Assembly: GCA_019058365.1 (NCBI GenBank)
Contig: JAHPZE010000012.1
Span: 1 to 13,350 of the forward strand
DNA from: Promethearchaeota archaeon
GTDB taxonomy: Archaea > Asgardarchaeota > Lokiarchaeia > Sigyniarchaeales > SOKP01
Length of the DNA stretch: 13,350 nt
Direction of reading: 5' to 3'
Shown here: positions 6,486-13,350 of the stretch, one piece after another
How the letters are laid out: each line of letters begins with the position of its first letter
How positions within the stretch are numbered: position 1 is the first letter of the stretch
Made by a program: the position numbers and the translations under genes
Notes under the pieces: model-generated
Told to the model about the DNA's origin: nothing
Databases searched by the model: none
The model's input: only the letters and a program-made list of their open reading frames with translations

Positions 6486-7376
6486 ATGATTGAAGATTCT
6501 GCTTTATCGTTGAAAAAAGCTTATGAAAAAGGAGAAGTTATAACTCTTAAAGAAGCTCAGAAAATGCTTGGAGAATCGGGGCTTATAGATAAACTTTTAG
6601 AAACTCCCAAGCGGAGTCCAGATACTTTTGTAGGTATTCGAGCCTATGAATGGCGTCTATTAGAACTCTCTGAGATTCCGTTTACACATACTTTAGAAAA
6701 GGTTCAAAATTGGATTGAACTTCTTGTAGATAAGTCTTATATTCATGAAGGGTTCTCTTTAGAAGGAAATAAAGACAATTTACTTGCTTGCCATAATGTT
6801 TTGATTACTACAATCCTTATAAAAATGGGATATAAAGATAAAAAAAAGATAGATTCTGGGATAGATTGGATTTTAAAATATCAATCTGTTGAAAGAGGTA
6901 AAGAATGCACTTGGCCTGGTATAGATCTCTATAGGAGATTTGGGGGTTGTATGAAAAAAGTTCCTTGTTATTATGGAATTGTCAAATCTATGATTGCTCT
7001 TAATGAATATAAGAAAAATTTTGGAGATTCGGAGGAACTCACTAATAAATTAAATCAAGGATTAGAATACATTCTTGAACATAAGGTATTTAAAAGATTA
7101 TCTGTTGATAAACCTATAGAAGATTCAATTATTTTAAACTTCTATCCATATACATATAGATCAAATATTATTGAAATCCTTTCGCTACTTAAGGCAAATA
7201 GTTTGATGGAAAATGAAAGTTGTAGCGATGCCATAAAAATATTAAAAGATAAACGACGATCTGATGGATACTGGCAGGCAGATATATCTTATATGAAATC
7301 AGCATGGATAGACTTTGATATACCTAAAAAACCAGGTTTATGGATAAATTATATTATTAATGGATTAATTGGATAA
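6486..7376 (+). CDS. Uncharacterised protein, probably terpene-cyclase/prenyltransferase-like alpha/alpha toroid fold
   Basis: Degenerate QW-like repeats (IDWILKYQ, LKDKRRSDGYW) and the motifs CYYGIVKSMIAL, FYPYTYRSNIIEIL and KPGLWIN resemble a widespread family of squalene-cyclase-repeat hypothetical proteins. No DxDD catalytic motif is present. The CDS itself is secure, but the fold call is tentative. Confidence 0.6.
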   Translation: MIEDSALSLKKAYEKGEVITLKEAQKMLGESGLIDKLLETPKRSPDTFVGIRAYEWRLLELSEIPFTHTLEKVQNWIELLVDKSYIHEGFSLEGNKDNLLACHNVLITTILIKMGYKDKKKIDSGIDWILKYQSVERGKECTWPGIDLYRRFGGCMKKVPCYYGIVKSMIALNEYKKNFGDSEELTNKLNQGLEYILEHKVFKRLSVDKPIEDSIILNFYPYTYRSNIIEILSLLKANSLMENESCSDAIKILKDKRRSDGYWQADISYMKSAWIDFDIPKKPGLWINYIINGLIG

Positions 7377-7784
7377 AGATAATAAATTTAATTGTATCTT
7401 AAATGGAAAAATTATAACTTATCTTTAATGTTCATGAGAATTTATCAAGAGGATATTATTAAGATTTTATTTTTTAAATTTCTGGTTAAAAATTCAAATT
7501 GAAAAAAAAATTAATTCATCAAACCAATTAGATTCAATAAGTAATTATCTGTGTAATTACCGGTATAAATACAGAAAGAATTCATTCATGAAGCTGAGAA
7601 TAATAAATAAACAGACTAAATCTACTTTTTTATCTCTTTCCCATCAAGAAAAAAGCAATTGAATATTAGAAATAAAGAATTCAGTCGCAAATTGATTATT
7701 TTTTCTAATGGAATTTCAAAGAGACCATTTATATATTGGATACGCTATGTTATTCACATAATATTTTATTATTCTTACTTTTGT

Positions 7785-7817
7785 GTAAAAGGATATATAT
7801 TTAAAGTAAATAAAGGG
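7785..7817 (+). promoter_or_regulatory. Candidate BRE/TATA for the giant surface-protein gene
   Basis: AAAAGG followed by ATATATAT (7793-7800), about 25 nt upstream of TTG 7825. A weak SD-like AAGGG lies at 7813-7817. Confidence 0.35.
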
Positions 7818-7824
7818 TTTTAAG

Positions 7825-10800
7825 TTGAGAGAAAAAAAAAACAAAATTTGGATTTTATCGATTTTATTCATCTGTTTAATTTCCACCCTTTTTCTGGACA
7901 ATTATAACGTTGAACAAGGTGATTTTAATAATAACTCTAATAAAAATTTTAATGATAAATTGCCAAACCTTCAATCATCTTCTACATCTTGGTATGACAC
8001 AGATTGGCAATATTGTAAAGTGATTAATATTACAACTGAAACTGCTGCTGTTCTATCCAATTATTCAATTTCTCTGACTTTTAATCACGCTTCATTAGTC
8101 AGCGGAGGAAAATCTAGAGCAGATGGTAATGACATTAGAGTGGTATATAAGAATGGCTTAAATTGGGAAGAGTTAGACCGGGTTTTAGATCCAGACTCCT
8201 CATGGAATAGAAACACAACAAAGATTTGGTTTAAAATTCAAGTAGCAATACCAGCTTCTTCATATGACTGCAATTATTCTCTGTATTATGGTAATAAATT
8301 AGCTAGTTTGCCTCCAAATAACTATTCAAATGTATTTTTGTTTTATGATGGTTTTGAGAGTGGAAATTTTAGTGCATGGGATGGTTCTAACAAAGGTTCT
8401 GTTGGAGATATATTAGAAGTTTCCAGGGAGCAGGTTCATACTGGAAATTATGCTGCAAAAGGAGAAGTGGATGATGTGAGTGATGCCCAAGCTACAATTT
8501 GGAAAGATTTTACTGATAAAGAGACTCTGTTTGCTGCAAATTATATATATTTAAATGAAACCTTCAATACTAGCAACTATGTAGCTGTTATGCAGTTTAT
8601 AGATATCTCTACAGGTTGGGAAAATCTTGTAGGCCTTCTTATTAATGAAAGTATGACTCTTTATGTGTGGAATGATTATGTTGGAGAATCTTATGGTCAA
8701 TTAGAAATCAATCAAATTTCAAATGGAAGTTGGCATTTGTTAGAAATGCAGACAACCTTTTCAGAGACAACTGGCGAAGTTAGAGTATGGTTGGATGGAA
8801 ATTTAGAAATAGAAGCAACTATGATTAACACAAGCAATTCAAATTCTATACGATATGCAACAGGCTTTTTCTGGGCTGAACCAGAAGATGAGTCAAATTT
8901 ACTATATGTTGATAATAATTACTTAAGACTTTGGGTTAATCCAGAACCCATAACCACACTTGGCAATGAAGAAATACTGAGATCTCAAATAGATGATTTT
9001 ACTTATTATAAAGAAATAACTATTGACCATATGGAAGTCTCTGGTTCAAGTAATCTTATTAATTTTCCAATATTAATTTCAATCTTTGATTCAGACTTGC
9101 ATGACCATGCTCAACCAGATGGTGATGATATTGCCTTTTATAACGGGAGTGAATGGTTAGATCACGAAATAGAATTATTTGATCAAACTTATAACGGTAC
9201 ACATGCTCAACTGATTGCATGGGTTCGGATTCCTTCTCTTTCACCTTCAAGTGATACCACCATCACCATGTATTATGGAAATTCAGCTATAGGATCTCAA
9301 GAGAATCCATCAGGTGTATGGGACAGTAATTATAAGATGGTTCAACATTTGCATGAGACATCAGGTACTCATTATGATTCAACAAGCAATGACAATGATG
9401 GAACTACTAATGGTAGTTTAAATCAGAGTGCTATTGGCAAAATAGATGGTGCTGATGATTTTAATGGGGCTGATGCTACCATTAACATAAGTGATAATCC
9501 TAACCTAGATATTACGAACGCCATTACGATACAAGCTTGGATTACAGATGATGCCATAGCGAGGAGGAGAATTGTTACTAAGGAAGGGGAAATATATGTT
9601 TTAAGAACAGACTACAGTGGACATCTTCATGGGTATCTTATGAAAGGGAGTACCCTTTATTATGTAGAGAGTGATCCTGACCTTATAACCACTGGTACAT
9701 ATCATTATGTCGCTTTAACGTGGGATGGAGTATCAGGTGATCACGATTTAAGGTTGTTTCATAATGGATATGAAGTAAGCAGTTATGAAACCCAAGATAG
9801 CATTACATCTCCCCTTGACACCTCTAGTGATCCTCTCTTTATTGGCAGCCATGGGAGTGGTGAATGGTGGGATGGAGAGATTGACGAGGTTCGAATTTCT
9901 GATATTGCACGTTCAGATGATTGGATTGCGACCGAATATAGCAACCAATATGATCCTAATTCTTTTTATTCAATAGGAGAAGAAAATTTAGTCCATACAT
10001 CTCTTCCACATGAGGATTATTTTAACTATTATAAAATCATTACAATTAATCATACTCAAGTTTCAGGAGATGGAATTCTTCTCGATTTTCCATTGTTATT
10101 ATCGATTATAGACTCAGATTTACGGGATGAAGTTCAGGCTGATGGTGATGATATTGCTTTTGCTAAAGATAATATTTGGCTTGATCATGAGATAGAAGTA
10201 TTTAATTTCACATATAGTCCAACAGAATCACAATTAATTGCTTGGGTAAGAATACCTTTTCTTTCAGGGACAAATGATACAATTTTTCGTATGTATTATG
10301 GGAATTCCTCTATGGATTCACAAGAAAATGCAAATGGTATTTGGGATACAAATACGTTTGGAGCGTGGCATCTTTCTGAAATGGGGAACGGTACTAGTGA
10401 CGAATATAAAGATAGTAGTATATATAATAATTATGGTCAAGGAGGAGAGGGTGATTCTCTATTTGTTCCGAATCGAACAAGTGGAAAAATTGGATTAGCA
10501 CAAGATTTCAATAATTTAGATGGAAAATATGATTTAATTGATTGTGGAAACAATAGTATCTTTGATATTTCTGGGAATCAAATAACCCTGCAAGCATGGA
10601 TAAAACATAACATTACGCCACAAGACCATTTTTATGGAATTATGACCCATAAGGGATGGTACGATGGATATAGTTTGTGGATTGAGCAAAATTCATTGAA
10701 ATTATCATTTAATCTGCCAGGAGATACTCACAAACTGCTCAGTGATACAGATATTACTACTAATACATGGCACTATATTGTAGCAACTTATGATGGCTCT

Positions 10801-13350
10801 TATATGAGAATTTATATTGATGGGATACAAGATCCTAATAATCTTACTAAAGTAAATAATATACAACCATCGTCATCTGAAAAAGATTTTTGGATAGGGC
10901 ATGGGGATCAACCTAAAGAAATGGCTTGGAGTAGTGAATATGAAGGCCAAATAGATGAAGTACGGATCTCTAATATCGCTCGTTCAGCTGATTGGATTGC
11001 AACAGAATACAACAACCAAAATGATCCTAGCTCATTTTATTCAATAGGAAAAGAAAATGCTGTATCTGAACATCCACCTAATGCTGAATATTTCACTTAT
11101 TATAAGGAAATCACCATAGATCATACAAAAGTTAATGGCACAGAAAATCTTGTCAATTTTTCAGTTTTAATTAGTATTTTAGATTTAGATCTACATAATA
11201 AAACTCAACCTGATGGTAATGATATTGCTTTTGCCAAAGATAATATTTGGCTAGATCATGAGATAGAACTATTTGACCAAAATTTTAGTGATACACATAC
11301 TCAACTGATTGCTTGGGTTCGGATTCCATCTCTTTCACCTTTAGTTGATACTAATATAACAATGTATTATGGAAATTCAACTATGGGATCTCAAGAGAAT
11401 CCAACAGGGGTATGGGATACAAATTATAGTGCTGTGTGGCATTTGAATGAGATGCCACATGATGGAACTTTGGGAGGCCATGAAGATTCCAGTGCAAATA
11501 ATAATAATGGTACACCTCAAAACTTCGAAGATGGTGGAGGAGGTTCAACTAATGCAACTGGAATAATCGATGGAGCAAATAATTTTACTAATAATGATTA
11601 TATTACAATTTCAAGTCCTACTAATGCATTTCCACCAGATGAATTGACTATTTCTGCTTGGATTAAAGTAAATTATTCCATATCCAACAGTATGGATATA
11701 TTAAGTGGAGGAGATAGTTATGCCCTTAGAATATGGCCAGATGGCAGAATTTGTTTTTTTAAATATTATGGAGGAGGTGTATGGGTAAATATGGCGCCAA
11801 TGGATGTAAATGTTTTAGACAATGAATATCATTACATAGTTGGTGGTCAAAACGCAACTGGTATGTTTTTATTTATTGATGGAGTTCAAAAAGATATTAA
11901 TACTAATAATTCCGCAATTAATTATACTTTAGGAAATACAATAGAAATTGGGAGGCATGCTACTGGTAGTAATGATTATAATTTTACAGGAATTATTGAT
12001 GAGGCTCGTATTTCCAATATTGGTCGTTCAGCAGATTGGATTGCAACCGAATATAATAACCAATATGATCCAAACTCCTTTTTCTCTGTTGGAACTGAAA
12101 ATCAATTAGAAGATACTAAAGCACCAATAATTACTGTTAACTCCCCAAATCTTAATGAATTATTTGGAATAACTGCTCCAAATTATGATCTTACGGTTAC
12201 AGATGCAAATTTAGAGTCTATCTGGTATTCACTTGATGGAGGAACTACGAATTCAACACCAGTTTTCGCAATAGGAACCATTGATCAGACTTTGTGGAGT
12301 GCTCAACCTAATGGCACTGTTACCATTCGATTCTACGCAAATGATACATTAGGGAATATTGGTTATAAAGAAGTAATAGTCAGGAAAGATATTATTGTTC
12401 CTGTTATTAGTATAAACTCCCCAAATCCTAATGATTTATTTGGAATAACTGCTCCAAATTATAATCTTACGGTTACGGATGCAAATTTAGAGTCTATTTG
12501 GTACTCACTTGATGGAGGAACTACGAATTCAACACCAGTTTTAGCAATAGGAACCATTGATCAGACTATGTGGGGTGCTCAACCTAATGGCACCGTTACC
12601 GTTAGATTCTACGCAAATGATACGGCGGGGAATATTGATTATGAGGAAGTTACAATTAGGAAAGATATAATACTTCCATTTGCAGATATAACCAATCCCG
12701 CTCCGGATGGTGCTCAAATAGGTGGATCTGCAATTTCTATAAGTGGAATGGCTTATGGTACAGGTTCTAACATTGTAAGTATGTATATTAATGATACAAG
12801 ATGGGGTGATGGTTCTCAGAAACCTCAGACTGATCCAAGTGGCTTACAAAGTGGAGCATTTATTTTTAATAATAACACCAATATTACTCCAGGGTTTTAT
12901 TTTATTAAAGTAAACATTACTGATGCTGCTGGTAATGTAAATTCTAGCATTAGATATTTTGAAGTTATTTCACTAGATAATACTCCTCCAATTTTAGCCA
13001 TTAGCTCTATTTCTCCAAATCCTACAAATGGATATACTGAAATAAATGTAACTTCAAATGAAAACCTGAAAGCTCCTCCACTTCTTAATATTACACTTCC
13101 AAACAGTTCTATAATTTATAGACCTATGATCCTAATTGCTGCTTTGACATGGCGTGCTAATTATACTGTTGATGCAGATGGTATTTATACCGTAAGAATT
13201 AATGGTACAGATCTCGCAAATAATGTTGGTTATGCTATAGATACATTTGAAGGCGATATCACTGCTCCTTCTATTATGATTAATACTCCTAATCTTAATG
13301 ATTTATTTGGAAAAACTGCTCCGAATTATAATCTTACAATCATAGATAAT
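7825..13350 (+). CDS. Giant secreted/surface glycoprotein (>1842 aa, 3' partial): signal peptide, 4x DUF2341/LamG(ConA-like) modules, Ig-like repeats
   Basis: Manual frame +1 translation shows a stop at 7807-7809, then no stop to the window end. TTG 7825 gives MREKKNKIWILSILFICLISTLFL, which resembles a signal peptide. Repeated DUF2341-like motifs (DGxDIxF...WLDHEIE...AWVRIP...MYYGN) and LamG motifs (TIxAWI...WHY/YHY...IDG...GxIDExRIS) follow, then Ig-like units. The first in-frame ATG is only at 8590. Confidence 0.93.
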   Translation, partial: MREKKNKIWILSILFICLISTLFLDNYNVEQGDFNNNSNKNFNDKLPNLQSSSTSWYDTDWQYCKVINITTETAAVLSNYSISLTFNHASLVSGGKSRADGNDIRVVYKNGLNWEELDRVLDPDSSWNRNTTKIWFKIQVAIPASSYDCNYSLYYGNKLASLPPNNYSNVFLFYDGFESGNFSAWDGSNKGSVGDILEVSREQVHTGNYAAKGEVDDVSDAQATIWKDFTDKETLFAANYIYLNETFNTSNYVAVMQFIDISTGWENLVGLLINESMTLYVWNDYVGESYGQLEINQISNGSWHLLEMQTTFSETTGEVRVWLDGNLEIEATMINTSNSNSIRYATGFFWAEPEDESNLLYVDNNYLRLWVNPEPITTLGNEEILRSQIDDFTYYKEITIDHMEVSGSSNLINFPILISIFDSDLHDHAQPDGDDIAFYNGSEWLDHEIELFDQTYNGTHAQLIAWVRIPSLSPSSDTTITMYYGNSAIGSQENPSGVWDSNYKMVQHLHETSGTHYDSTSNDNDGTTNGSLNQSAIGKIDGADDFNGADATINISDNPNLDITNAITIQAWITDDAIARRRIVTKEGEIYVLRTDYSGHLHGYLMKGSTLYYVESDPDLITTGTYHYVALTWDGVSGDHDLRLFHNGYEVSSYETQDSITSPLDTSSDPLFIGSHGSGEWWDGEIDEVRISDIARSDDWIATEYSNQYDPNSFYSIGEENLVHTSLPHEDYFNYYKIITINHTQVSGDGILLDFPLLLSIIDSDLRDEVQADGDDIAFAKDNIWLDHEIEVFNFTYSPTESQLIAWVRIPFLSGTNDTIFRMYYGNSSMDSQENANGIWDTNTFGAWHLSEMGNGTSDEYKDSSIYNNYGQGGEGDSLFVPNRTSGKIGLAQDFNNLDGKYDLIDCGNNSIFDISGNQITLQAWIKHNITPQDHFYGIMTHKGWYDGYSLWIEQNSLKLSFNLPGDTHKLLSDTDITTNTWHYIVATYDGSYMRIYIDGIQDPNNLTKVNNIQPSSSEKDFWIGHGDQPKEMAWSSEYEGQIDEVRISNIARSADWIATEYNNQNDPSSFYSIGKENAVSEHPPNAEYFTYYKEITIDHTKVNGTENLVNFSVLISILDLDLHNKTQPDGNDIAFAKDNIWLDHEIELFDQNFSDTHTQLIAWVRIPSLSPLVDTNITMYYGNSTMGSQENPTGVWDTNYSAVWHLNEMPHDGTLGGHEDSSANNNNGTPQNFEDGGGGSTNATGIIDGANNFTNNDYITISSPTNAFPPDELTISAWIKVNYSISNSMDILSGGDSYALRIWPDGRICFFKYYGGGVWVNMAPMDVNVLDNEYHYIVGGQNATGMFLFIDGVQKDINTNNSAINYTLGNTIEIGRHATGSNDYNFTGIIDEARISNIGRSADWIATEYNNQYDPNSFFSVGTENQLEDTKAPIITVNSPNLNELFGITAPNYDLTVTDANLESIWYSLDGGTTNSTPVFAIGTIDQTLWSAQPNGTVTIRFYANDTLGNIGYKEVIVRKDIIVPVISINSPNPNDLFGITAPNYNLTVTDANLESIWYSLDGGTTNSTPVLAIGTIDQTMWGAQPNGTVTVRFYANDTAGNIDYEEVTIRKDIILPFADITNPAPDGAQIGGSAISISGMAYGTGSNIVSMYINDTRWGDGSQKPQTDPSGLQSGAFIFNNNTNITPGFYFIKVNITDAAGNVNSSIRYFEVISLDNTPPILAISSISPNPTNGYTEINVTSNENLKAPPLLNITLPNSSIIYRPMILIAALTWRANYTVDADGIYTVRINGTDLANNVGYAIDTFEGDITAPSIMINTPNLNDLFGKTAPNYNLTIIDN
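8998..12099 (+). repeat. Three tandem ~1.0-kb DUF2341+LamG coding modules (8998-9984, 10021-11055, 11092-12099), with a more divergent module at 7990-8973
   Basis: Each module begins F(T/N)YYK(E/I)ITI(D/N)H and ends DExRISxIxRSxDWIATEYxNQxDPxSF(Y/F)SxGxE. Confidence 0.9.
12112..12663 (+). repeat. 276-bp tandem direct repeat (92-aa Ig-like domain, 2 copies); a third related copy begins at 13255
   Basis: 12139-12390 versus 12415-12666 differ at 23 of 252 nt by manual count (about 91% identity). The partial third copy reads PNLNDLFGKTAPNYNLT. Confidence 0.92.

Noticed and set aside
7716-7901. 61-aa minus-strand ORF
   Set aside because: Antisense to the promoter and signal peptide of the giant ORF; low-complexity composition.
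9059-10498. ORFs 9059-9250 (-), 9785-9976 (+) and 10274-10498 (+)
   Set aside because: Alternative-frame or antisense ORFs inside the giant frame +1 gene.
12112-12663. Repeat pair as a DGR template/variable region or CRISPR-like array
   Set aside because: Mismatches are not adenine-specific, both copies are in-frame coding, no reverse transcriptase is in the window, and there is no repeat-spacer structure.

Overview
AT-rich (roughly 30% GC by eye) archaeal chromosomal segment. The gene content points to an Asgard archaeon, most likely Lokiarchaeia/Promethearchaeia (inference from protein families, not from a marker gene). Left to right: a cryptic zinc-ribbon micro-ORF; a 215-aa stand-alone BAR-domain protein that aligns almost without gaps to the eukaryotic FAM92/CIBAR family (the most interesting item); an HdrD/GlpC-type Fe-S/CCG oxidoreductase; an HMf-family histone with atypical DNA-contact residues; an SDS22-class LRR protein; a NosD-like beta-helix surface glycoprotein with Ig-like stalk and C-terminal anchor; an alpha/alpha-toroid-like protein of unknown function; and a giant surface protein of more than 1840 aa (TTG start at 7825, open to the window end, absent from the ORF track). 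The giant protein is built from four DUF2341/LamG-like modules followed by Ig-like repeats, with signs of recent duplication and exchange between repeats. No rRNA, tRNA, CRISPR array or mobile element was recognised.
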